NCBI GenBank assembly: GCA_008080735.1
Contig: SHMW01000001.1
Coordinates: 1-64,000 of the forward strand
DNA: 64,000 bases
Origin: Promethearchaeota archaeon
GTDB lineage: Archaea; Asgardarchaeota; Lokiarchaeia; Sigyniarchaeales; SOKP01
Direction of reading: 5' to 3'
Positions 31,801-39,515 of this stretch are shown here, piece after piece (within the stretch, counting starts at the first letter, position 1; every line of letters begins with the position of its first letter). A program made the position numbers and the translations under genes. Under the pieces are notes generated by a model. It did no database searches. It worked only from the letters and a program-made list of their open reading frames with translations, and was not told the DNA's origin.

Positions 31801-32249
31801 TCTTGATCAGATAGGCTTTCAAGTGGACATCGACAGCTTTTTAACATAATTGGAATTTTTCCAATATAGATATCAAGAGTTTCTTCCGGTTCCTCTCTCT
31901 GTGTCCTTTCATCAATCGTGATTGGAGTCATCTCTAGCGTAATATCAGCAGCATAGCTTAATTCTCGAATTCGCGCCTCGATCGGTGTAATCTCCATTGT
32001 CGCACCGTCTGCTTCCCTCACTTTCGGTTTACCAACTTTAATCATTCCAAACCGAATTTTAAAACCAGGTATATCGGGAACTACTTCAGCTGATTCATCT
32101 ACAATGTCTTGCATTTCTTTCTCGATAAAATCATTATAGGAATCAAGATGTTGGCGGACGAGACCCTTCTCATCGAATAAAGAGCCTAAAACTTCCCACT
32201 TTTCTTCATTTGTCAAATTGTCAGTGCTCATAATATAACCTTTTTTCAT
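28860..32249 (-). CDS. rpoB: RNA polymerase subunit B (unsplit Rpo2)
   Basis: GGYFIINGTERV, ETPEGPNCGLVKNL, GDKFSSRHGQKG, GGLRFGEMERD. Confidence 0.97.
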   Translation of the reverse strand: MKKGYIMSTDNLTNEEKWEVLGSLFDEKGLVRQHLDSYNDFIEKEMQDIVDESAEVVPDIPGFKIRFGMIKVGKPKVREADGATMEITPIEARIRELSYAADITLEMTPITIDERTQREEPEETLDIYIGKIPIMLKSCRCPLESLSDQELINRGEDPLDPGGYFIINGTERVLVTQEDLAPNRILAEEASRSSSATHQAKVFSTRSGFRAPVSIERKKDGNLRVSFPSVPGKIPLAILMRALGLHSDRQIFEAISEDEEIQKELIPVIDVASEIQVLKDPEKSQQNALDYIGKRVAIGQTKDYRIRRALQVLDRYLLPHIGNDEEDRIKKAYYLGQMAQKVMELALGMREPDDKDHYANKRLKLAGDLFTSLFRVAFLNLVKDIKYQLERTAVRGRAPNIKTAVRADVITERIRHALATGNWVGGKAGVSQLLNRTNQVGTLSHLRRVISPLSRSQPHFEARDLHPTQWGKICPAETPEGPNCGLVKNLGLASIISVGADERIIENILIDLGVVPINEVGNIRGDKVKVFLNGKLVGIHQNYNPFIRQLREKRRRGEIGQHVNIGFYQDSKEIQINCDAGRATRPLFVIKDKELLVTKEDIEKIRQRKIMWSDLVEKGVIEHLDAEEEENAYIAMFEEEITAEHTHLEISPAAILGICASIIPFPEHNQSPRNTYEAGMVKQALGLFAANMHLRLDTRGHTLHYPQQPLVKTSPMEIIGFNQRPAGQNFVIAMMSFEGYNIEDAIIINKASIERGLARSHFFRTYDAEERKYPGGEVDKFEIPERGVRGFKSAESYRLLSEDDGIIEPETQVNGGDVLIGRTSPPRFIKSYEEFELMQPNRRETSKNMRHNEQGIVDTVLISETVDGNKLVKIKVRDLRIPELGDKFSSRHGQKGVLGLVVDEYDMPFTSSGVRPDIIVNPHAMPSRMTLGQLFEGISGKIACSTGELGDATAFEWKDITKLQEQLVDAGFEFNGREVMYNGITGEKYEAGIYCAPIYYQKLYHLVADKLHARARGPVQILTRQPTEGRAREGGLRFGEMERDCLVGHGSALLLKERLLDESDKTVILVCEKCGLLAVYDRNRDKRYCPVCGEGTTISKVVCSYAFKLLLQEMMSLGLAPRLKLKEKI

Positions 32250-32278
32250 TAAATAGCATTAAAATAAAAAAGAAATAA

Positions 32279-32536
32279 TTAACTTTTCTCTTTCTTAACA
32301 TATCGATAATAATTAACTTGTTTAACTGATGTATCGCTTTCGCGGACAATTTTCACCACATCTCCCTCTTTCGCACCAATCGCGATCGCAACGGGATCTT
32401 TTTCAAACATTTGAGGGAGATCGGTATAGCGAATTTTATACTTTTCTAATAATTCCTCGGTCTCTGATTTCGTAAGAAGTACGTGCCGAGGAACAAGCGA
32501 ATGTCGTAAGACATCAACTTTTTTTTTCTTAGTCAA
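32279..32536 (-). CDS. rpoH: RNA polymerase subunit H (Rpo5)
   Basis: HSLVPRH...LPQM..KDPV...GDVVKIVR.S...YYRYV. Confidence 0.95.
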   Translation of the reverse strand: MTKKKKVDVLRHSLVPRHVLLTKSETEELLEKYKIRYTDLPQMFEKDPVAIAIGAKEGDVVKIVRESDTSVKQVNYYRYVKKEKS

Positions 32537-32717
32537 AAGGAATTATCCTCATATATTTTAAGTTATATAATATGGAGTGTATAATTTCTAAAAAATTTTA
32601 TCCTTTTATTCATAATATCGGAATTTTTTTATTTCATAGTACCTCTTATGGGAGAATAGGAAATTCTGCGTTATCATTTAACTTTAGATGTTTAATATGA
32701 TGTAATTTAACATCACT

Positions 32718-33365
32718 TCACCCAAACCCATGAAAACAATGAAAAACCCAATAGCCACTCCGTTTTACCATTACATCAATTTGATCATTGGGAAATTCGT
32801 TCTGAAAATATTTTTGAATATAGGGTGCACCCATCTTTTTTCTGATGACAAATTCGAAGAACCCCTTTTCATTTAGATATTTTGGAACTTCATTGAAGAC
32901 CCGCAAAAATTCATCCCGTCCTTCTCGTAAAGGGGGATTCATATAAATTCCATCGAATCGGACGGATTGATCCTTTAAGGCTTCGAAATAATCTCCTGCA
33001 CGTACATGCATTCTATCTCGAGCGTTTGGGAGATTAATTTTTATGTTTTCCTTAACACACCAAATAGCTCGTCTGTTTTTATCTATGAAGTAAATATCAC
33101 TCTCTCTGGAATTATATCCCAACACCATTCCAATAGGTCCATATCCACATCCAAGATCGAGCAAGACACTTGGTTCGGATGGTATTTCCATATGTTCAAC
33201 AAAGACTTGCGTTCCTAAATCAATTTTTCTGTAAGAAAAAACTCCCGTTGTTGTTTTGAAAATGTATAGATGCCGTCTCAGACTCTCGGAGATAGTATAT
33301 ACCTTTAAATTTACATCGGGATATCGTGTAGAATAATGCTCTTTTTTAGGTCCCATATATATCAA
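32718..33365 (-). CDS. Class I SAM methyltransferase (RsmC-like)
   Basis: GVFS...DLGT, LDLGCGYGPIG, NPP. Confidence 0.88.
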   Translation of the reverse strand: MIYMGPKKEHYSTRYPDVNLKVYTISESLRRHLYIFKTTTGVFSYRKIDLGTQVFVEHMEIPSEPSVLLDLGCGYGPIGMVLGYNSRESDIYFIDKNRRAIWCVKENIKINLPNARDRMHVRAGDYFEALKDQSVRFDGIYMNPPLREGRDEFLRVFNEVPKYLNEKGFFEFVIRKKMGAPYIQKYFQNEFPNDQIDVMVKRSGYWVFHCFHGFG

Positions 33366-33376
33366 TAAAATTTTGA

Positions 33377-34384
33377 TTATTCAGTGATTTCTTTCCAATG
33401 TGGATAGATTCCACGCTTCATAAAAACCTTATTAATCTTTACCATTATTCCGTTTTTAGCCTTATAAATCGCCATAGCATCTTTCTCAGCGATTCCAAAT
33501 CCAATTAACTCATTTTTTAATGTCATCAACGCCACTTTCATCCCCGTTTGTATTCGCGCATCTATAGAACAAATGCCTGCGGCAGCTAAATCTGCACCAT
33601 GACATAATGCATCTACTGCAGTGTCTCGAACATGAACCTTTGGGATATGCTTCACCATCTTTTCCATAGGATGGATAATATACCTTAAATAAGATTCATC
33701 ATTTTCTTTTTGATAGATTGTAAATGCATCCTTAAGATTTTGAAGAGTTACAAGGCTTTTATCCTCTCTGAAAGGACCAACTCGCGTTCGTCTCAACTCC
33801 AGCATATGCGCACCAGAACATAACGCCTCCCCAATATCATAACATAATTTGCGGATATATGTTCCCGCTTCACATCCCACGCGAAATAATACATTATTTT
33901 CTCTCATTTCTAAGAACTGGTTATAATAAATTTCCCTAATACGCAATCTCCTACTCACGGAGGATTTTAAAGGGGGTCTTTGATATATCTTTCCCTCAAA
34001 TACATGAAGCATCTTCTCAATTTTTTTCTGAGGTTCAGGGTTATGAAGATGCATCACACAGACGTATTCTTTTCCCGCATTTAACAAGGCAGACAAGACT
34101 CTCGTGGCTCTCCCGAGTGCTACGGGCAATATACCGGTTACTTTTGGATCTAAAGTACCGCCATGTCCTACATTTTCTATCCCCAATATTGTTTTAATCC
34201 AAGATACAACCTCATGACTCGTGGGACCGCTTACTTTGTCGAGATTTATGACGCCATATTCTATGAGTTCATTTATTGTTCTCTCTTCGGGGTTCTTCCC
34301 ATATTTAGGGTCTGTAGTGTCTTCCGATTTCACTAATAATTGTTCTGGCTCGTCCGATGGAAGTTTTAAGTCTGTTTCTACCAT
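33377..34384 (-). CDS. cbf5: H/ACA pseudouridine synthase Cbf5
   Basis: DKVSGPTSHEV, GHGGTLDPKVTG, IYQRPP, GTYIRKLC, PUA domain. Confidence 0.95.
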   Translation of the reverse strand: MVETDLKLPSDEPEQLLVKSEDTTDPKYGKNPEERTINELIEYGVINLDKVSGPTSHEVVSWIKTILGIENVGHGGTLDPKVTGILPVALGRATRVLSALLNAGKEYVCVMHLHNPEPQKKIEKMLHVFEGKIYQRPPLKSSVSRRLRIREIYYNQFLEMRENNVLFRVGCEAGTYIRKLCYDIGEALCSGAHMLELRRTRVGPFREDKSLVTLQNLKDAFTIYQKENDESYLRYIIHPMEKMVKHIPKVHVRDTAVDALCHGADLAAAGICSIDARIQTGMKVALMTLKNELIGFGIAEKDAMAIYKAKNGIMVKINKVFMKRGIYPHWKEITE

Positions 34385-34596
34385 GTTCTTATTGGGATTT
34401 TAAAACTATAATATAATTCAATAGTATACAATAGTAAATTATATTTTTCGTTTAAAACCTATAAATCCATAAATTTTTGTATCAGTAGAGAATATAACAA
34501 AAATTCAAAATACCAACTTCAGTTATGAATAGTCTAAAAATCAATTCTATTTCTTATAAATGAAATTTATAAATTCTTCGTTCTTTAGGGATTATT

Positions 34597-35133
34597 ATGA
34601 ACATCAGAATTGCAACGCCATCAGATGCATCAGCTATAACAAAAATCCAAATAGATAACTGGAAATACGCCTACAAAACAATATTTCCAGAAGAATTTTT
34701 GGAAGATCTAAACTATAAACATAAAATTATCCAAAACAAATTATGGCTTGAGAATTTGGAAGATACTACAAGAGTGTATAGTGCCGAAAATGACTCTCAA
34801 GTAATCATTGGATTCGCAGTCGGGGGCTTAGAGCGAGAAAACACTCCTGAGTTCTCTGGTGAGTTATGGGGGTTATATGTATCTAATAACCATCAAAGGA
34901 GGGGGATCAGAACACAACTCCTTGGAAAAATAGTTCAATATTTATTAGACCTTAATTTTTCATCTATGCTTGTGTGGATCCTAAAAGGTAATCCTTATCG
35001 CGCATTTTATGAAAAATTCGATGGAAAAATAATCGCAGAGAAGCAAAAAGATTTCAATGGCTTAAAAAGACCTATTTTCGCCTATGGATGGTCGGATCTA
35101 CAACAATTAAACAATTTAATTTCGCTTCAATAA
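34597..35133 (+). CDS. GNAT acetyltransferase
   Basis: IRIATPSDA, ELWGLYV..HQRRGI, WILKGNP.RAFYEK. Confidence 0.85.
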   Translation: MNIRIATPSDASAITKIQIDNWKYAYKTIFPEEFLEDLNYKHKIIQNKLWLENLEDTTRVYSAENDSQVIIGFAVGGLERENTPEFSGELWGLYVSNNHQRRGIRTQLLGKIVQYLLDLNFSSMLVWILKGNPYRAFYEKFDGKIIAEKQKDFNGLKRPIFAYGWSDLQQLNNLISLQ

Positions 35134-35198
35134 TATAAAAACATGAATTAGTGATTATGGTTAAAAAGAGATATTTCATAGACTCACACGGATGATAA

Positions 35199-35305
35199 TG
35201 GCGGGCTATGTGGGATTTGAACCCACGACCTGTACCCGATCCCCCATAATTCGAAGGACCTTCAGGTTAAAAGCCTGCTGCGCTACCTGCCTGCGCTAAT
35301 AGCCC
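35199..35305 (-). tRNA. tRNA-Lys(TTT), CCA encoded, 30-nt intron at non-canonical ~43/44 (35232-35261)
   Basis: Acceptor GGGCTAT/ATAGCCC, anticodon loop CTTTTAA. Central helix ACCT/GGGT and intron stem GGTCCTTC/GGGGGATC. Confidence 0.9.
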
Positions 35306-35491
35306 ATCCAAGGAAAAAAAAGCTCTTCTTAATTTATCTACTCTTAAAATTATCAGAACTTAAGACTTAAAATCCATAATAATTAATAAATTTTTTTTAA
35401 ACATATAGTAAAATCCATAATCTTTAAATATAATAAGTCTTAGTACGTAAGATATTCCCAAATCCCCCTCAAAATTCAATCTCCTCCACGC

Positions 35492-36520
35492 TTACCGAAA
35501 ATGCTCGTATCCTTCACTCTTTAAGATATGCGTTTTATTTTCTTGTATAATAGTGATATCACATTCAGATACAACTTCTCCAATTTCAAATATATGCCCG
35601 CTTTTTCTTTCCACCAGATCTACTGCTTTTTCAATATATTCGGACTTGACTGAAAAGAGATGAATAAATTCCTCCCCTGCGTTCAGAACTATTTTTTCTA
35701 TCGGAATATCAAATTCTTCTGAATATTTGAGAGCTTCAGGATGAATAACCGTTTCATCTAGGATAATCTTAAATCCCACCTCGGGATTAGAAAACTGCAA
35801 TTCTCGTAGAGACTTTGCCAATCCATCTGAAGAGTCGATACTCGCTGTTGCAAAATGATTCTGGCCAAGTATAAGCCCTTCCAAACCAAGATCGAATGGC
35901 TTTAATACGCTATCGAGAGATTTTCTATATTTGGGAAAGTCTTCATACGAGCCGTTTTGCCGAAGTAAAATATCAAAACCTACACCAGTTAATCCGAATT
36001 TACCATTCGCGACAATTATATCACCTATATTCATCCCTTTTCGGTATATTATCTCTGATTTCCGTTCGAAACCAAAAACCGTTGGGTTGAGGATAATCTC
36101 TTGAGTCTCGTTCAGATCGCCACCAATATAGTCAAGGTCAAAGGTCTTGGAATAAGACAGTATCCCCTTCATAAGGAGGTCGAATTCATCAGAAAGCATG
36201 GTTCCGGGTAAGCCAAAGGATAAGATTAAACCTACAGGATTCACACCTTTCACAATCAAATCACTTAAATTCATAATAAGTGATTTTCGTCCCATATGGA
36301 AGGATTCCATCTGCTCTGGGACATCAGTAGTCGAGACCAGCATGTCCGAATTAGAAACCAAAGTAATCTCTTCAGATTGCTTTTTTTGGATTTTATCTAA
36401 GGGATAAAAAAACGCATCATCTCGAATGGATTCTTTTTCCGTATTTTCGTAGATTAGCTGCTCGATATAGCTGATTATCATTGTTTCTCCTATATCCTTC
36501 AATGGTGTATTGGGTTTCAT
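35492..36520 (-). CDS. thiL: Thiamine-monophosphate kinase
   Basis: DIGE, DDA, DMLV, NLSDL..KG..P, GGDLNE, IDSSDGL, GEEF. Confidence 0.9.
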   Translation of the reverse strand: MKPNTPLKDIGETMIISYIEQLIYENTEKESIRDDAFFYPLDKIQKKQSEEITLVSNSDMLVSTTDVPEQMESFHMGRKSLIMNLSDLIVKGVNPVGLILSFGLPGTMLSDEFDLLMKGILSYSKTFDLDYIGGDLNETQEIILNPTVFGFERKSEIIYRKGMNIGDIIVANGKFGLTGVGFDILLRQNGSYEDFPKYRKSLDSVLKPFDLGLEGLILGQNHFATASIDSSDGLAKSLRELQFSNPEVGFKIILDETVIHPEALKYSEEFDIPIEKIVLNAGEEFIHLFSVKSEYIEKAVDLVERKSGHIFEIGEVVSECDITIIQENKTHILKSEGYEHFR

Positions 36521-36660
36521 GAGTATAATGAAGATCTCAACTTAATTGTGATGTTTCGCGACCCCAATAAGGCACATGATTAGACCGCAAAATTAAAATT
36601 TATTATTAATTTATAAGAATTAGTACTTTTTGAATCTTTAAGGTATCAATGAGTTATATT

Positions 36661-36733
36661 GCCCTTGTAACTCAGCTGGTAGAGTGTCAGATTCGTAATC
36701 TGGATGCCGGGGGTTCAAATCCCCCCAAGGGCT
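36661..36733 (+). tRNA. tRNA-Thr(CGT), no intron
   Basis: GCCCTTG/CAAGGGC acceptor, loop TTCGTAA, T-loop TTCAAAT. Confidence 0.93.
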
Positions 36734-36737
36734 TCAT

Positions 36738-37751
36738 CTAAACCTCTTCTGCGGTAAAGAATCTCTTTATCATTTCCAACGCAAGCATTCTAAATGCATC
36801 ATCGATATTTTCTCCCGTCTTTGCAGAGGTTTCTACATAAGAAACCTCTATTTCTTCCGCCAAGGCCTCTCCCTCCTCACGATTCACTTCTCTTTGATCT
36901 TCTAAATCAATTTTATTACCAACTAAAAGCAATGAAATCTTTGGAGTGACTTCTTTTATCTCCTCATACCAATTTTGAATATTCTCATAGGTTTTATGCC
37001 TCGTCACATCAAATACGAGAATGCCCGCTTCTGCGTTAGCCAGATATGATTTGCGTATTCGACGGAATTGGGTTTGCCCTGCTAAATCCCAGATGACGAA
37101 ACGCACGCTGGACTCAAGTCCTTCAAAATTACACTCCTTTTTCATAATGGAAGTGCCTATTGTGGCTTTATAGTCTTGCTGGAATGAATTCTCTACGAAT
37201 CTATGAACCATACTGGTCTTTCCAACCCCTCCATCCCCGCCTAAAATCAATTTAAACGCATATTCATCAGCTTTGGCTTTAATTTTTCGTAGTTTATCCA
37301 CACTTTTCTCGATTTCTCCGCTTTCTCTGCTAGTAATTATCTTGGGTATAACGGGGCTTACGGGACGTCCATCAAAAATTCGAGCTATTTTTTCGGCGGT
37401 TAAATATGCGACGGGAAACACAGGATCGATCATAGCTAACGCATCGAGAACCGTTACAAAGACCGCATGTTCACCTGCCTCACAAAATATAAGGCGGTAT
37501 TCATCTGTATCAAATGTTCCCGTGCCAAAAGATCCTGAACTGAATTCTTTCGTGATGCGATTAAGGACTGGCTCTACTAATGAGCTTAGTCCGCCCACAA
37601 CATCCTCTTCTACGGACTTGCCAGTAGTCCCCGAGACAGCATCCATAATTAGTCCTTCTCGGTTAACAATAATCGCCGCAACTAAATCCTCTTCGATTTC
37701 CTGACGATACCATTTTAAAAGCGCTTTTAATTTTTCCCTATCTACAGCCAT
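36738..37751 (-). CDS. Roadblock/LC7 domain fused to Rab-like small GTPase
   Basis: AAIIVNREGLIM roadblock N-terminus, then GDGGVGKT, WDLAGQ, GNKID, ETSAK. Confidence 0.9.
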   Translation of the reverse strand: MAVDREKLKALLKWYRQEIEEDLVAAIIVNREGLIMDAVSGTTGKSVEEDVVGGLSSLVEPVLNRITKEFSSGSFGTGTFDTDEYRLIFCEAGEHAVFVTVLDALAMIDPVFPVAYLTAEKIARIFDGRPVSPVIPKIITSRESGEIEKSVDKLRKIKAKADEYAFKLILGGDGGVGKTSMVHRFVENSFQQDYKATIGTSIMKKECNFEGLESSVRFVIWDLAGQTQFRRIRKSYLANAEAGILVFDVTRHKTYENIQNWYEEIKEVTPKISLLLVGNKIDLEDQREVNREEGEALAEEIEVSYVETSAKTGENIDDAFRMLALEMIKRFFTAEEV

Positions 37752-37884
37752 TCTTTACTCACATTTGTATTTTATTTTTTGGAGGTACTGAAATAAGTAT
37801 TAAGATTATCTTCACTCGATACTCTTTTGAATTAAAATAAAAATGTTGGAATAAAAATTTATCTAATCTATTTAAATGGAATGT

Positions 37885-38685
37885 CTATTTTCCTTGGAAA
37901 TATGGTTTCCGTTTTTCTAAAAATGCACTCATTCCTTCTTGAGAATCCATAGTGGTAGAGGTCAACTTTAGATTTTTAAGCTCATCTTCTAAATGCTCGT
38001 TTAGCCAATTACCATATGAACGAAAAAATAATCGTTTGGTACTTCCATAGGCGATCGTTGGACCACTACTTATTTTAATAGCAACTTGTTTTACTCTCTC
38101 TAATAATTGGTCGTTGGAGGTTATTTCAGAAACTAATTGCGCTTGTTTTGCTTCATTCGCAGTGAGAGTTTTATTCAATAAGACCATTTCGTTCGCCAAA
38201 GATAAGCCTATAATTTTGGGCAAATGAAAGGTCAAGGATGAATCGGGCGACAATCCTACGTTTGTAAACGCTACGGAAAACCGAGCAGATTGCGAACAGA
38301 ATCTCAAATCACACGCACTTACCAGACTTAATCCCACTCCATAACACGCTCCATTCACAGCTGCGATACTCGGAGCGTTAAGATGTTTTAATAGTTTGAT
38401 GGCTTTATGAAATTTTCCCGCTAACTTATATAGGAAATCCGGATCATCCGAGCTTTTAAATTCAGCAAGGTCACCCCCAGCACTAAACGTTTTTCCCTTT
38501 CCCGTGATTATTAGTGAACGAATCTTGTTTGATTGTTTTGAAACCTCTTGTAATCCTATGGTAATATCCTCAGCCATTTGAGTATTTAACGCATTAAGAT
38601 TATCAGGGCGATTTAAATGGAGGATCGCAAAATTATTTTCTTCAAATAATTCCAATTCAATAGTATCAAGCTTCAAGTATATCAA
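37885..38685 (-). CDS. Enoyl-CoA hydratase/isomerase family
   Basis: LNRPDNLNAL, FSAGGDL, AAVNGACYGVG, AFLEKRKP.FQG. Confidence 0.92.
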   Translation of the reverse strand: MIYLKLDTIELELFEENNFAILHLNRPDNLNALNTQMAEDITIGLQEVSKQSNKIRSLIITGKGKTFSAGGDLAEFKSSDDPDFLYKLAGKFHKAIKLLKHLNAPSIAAVNGACYGVGLSLVSACDLRFCSQSARFSVAFTNVGLSPDSSLTFHLPKIIGLSLANEMVLLNKTLTANEAKQAQLVSEITSNDQLLERVKQVAIKISSGPTIAYGSTKRLFFRSYGNWLNEHLEDELKNLKLTSTTMDSQEGMSAFLEKRKPYFQGK

Positions 38686-38804
38686 TTCCTCGTTATAGGT
38701 TCGTAATTTAAGGGAAGATAATATTATTTTAAAATTTACGTATAATAAAAAAAGCTTACTTCTTCCAGCATATTAGAGATTCATTATATTTCAAATCTGA
38801 GAAA

Positions 38805-38910
38805 TGCAGAGAGTGGGATTCGAACCCACGTACTCCTATGAGACTAGAGCCTCGGTCTAGCGCCGTTAGCCACCCGATTAGGTGTTTTGGCCAGGCTTGG
38901 CGATCTCTGC
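38805..38910 (-). tRNA. tRNA-Leu(GAG) with 21-nt D-loop intron (~38866-38886); C at position 33
   Basis: GCAGAGA/TCTCTGC acceptor, long variable arm, stem CTAGA/TCTAG. GGCC/GGCT helix flanked by AAA and AAC bulges. Confidence 0.88.
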
Positions 38911-38995
38911 ATATGAAGTAAGAATATTTCGAGGTAAAAACTAATCGTGATTTTTATAGTTAAAAAACCTTAATTAATTTTTTTTTTCTCTCGCA

Positions 38996-39474
38996 GAAAG
39001 CCATGTCCTTTAAGGGCATAGATGAATGCGTGTAAAAATCACTAAACTCAGGCAGGTATACCCTTTTTATCCTATTTCATGTATTTATCTATAATGGAAT
39101 ATCGAAAAGAGCCCCTTAGGGTCTATTCCCTCATCTATGACTTAATCGTTATAGGAAAACACCGTCATCCAGTGTGTATAAAAGAGACCGGGAGGAGTGG
39201 AGTTCTAAAAAGAAGGATTCTTGACCTATCAAAGAATTTTGAGGGAAAGGTGGTGGAAATCGAATGTGGCACGCATTATCACCGAGACAAGAACACCTCT
39301 ACTAATATTGAAAAAGAAGGAATACCCCTCTTAGAGGAAAGAGGTATCATCGTCATTTCATGACCGTCCGTAGGGACTACGGGAAGTTATGCTTGTGGAG
39401 ATCGTGTAAGACACCATTTAGGTGCGATGGGCAAGGAAGCAAGAATCCAGCTCCTTTAGGGGCTGGGAGCTCAC
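38996..39474 (+). mobile_element. Internally deleted IS200/IS605 element: both end hairpins, tnpB C-terminal remnant and omegaRNA-like tail
   Basis: Left hairpin ATGTCC-TTTAA-GGGCAT, right hairpin CCAGCTCC-TTTA-GGGGCTGG, and ECGTHYHRDKNTSTNI resembling TnpB CG..HDRD.NAA.NI. Confidence 0.75.
39079..39363 (+). pseudogene. tnpB: tnpB fragment
   Basis: Only a degenerate Zn-finger/RuvC-III tail is present. Confidence 0.6.
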
Positions 39475-39515
39475 CTATTCCATCAGAGAAATGGTTTAAC
39501 GGTAAATTAAGGAAT

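Noticed and set aside
33377-34384. Intron in cbf5, as in Crenarchaeota
   Set aside because: The ORF is continuous and GHGGTLDP is intact, with no insert.
39079-39363. Functional TnpB nuclease
   Set aside because: Only 94 codons; RuvC-I/II are absent.
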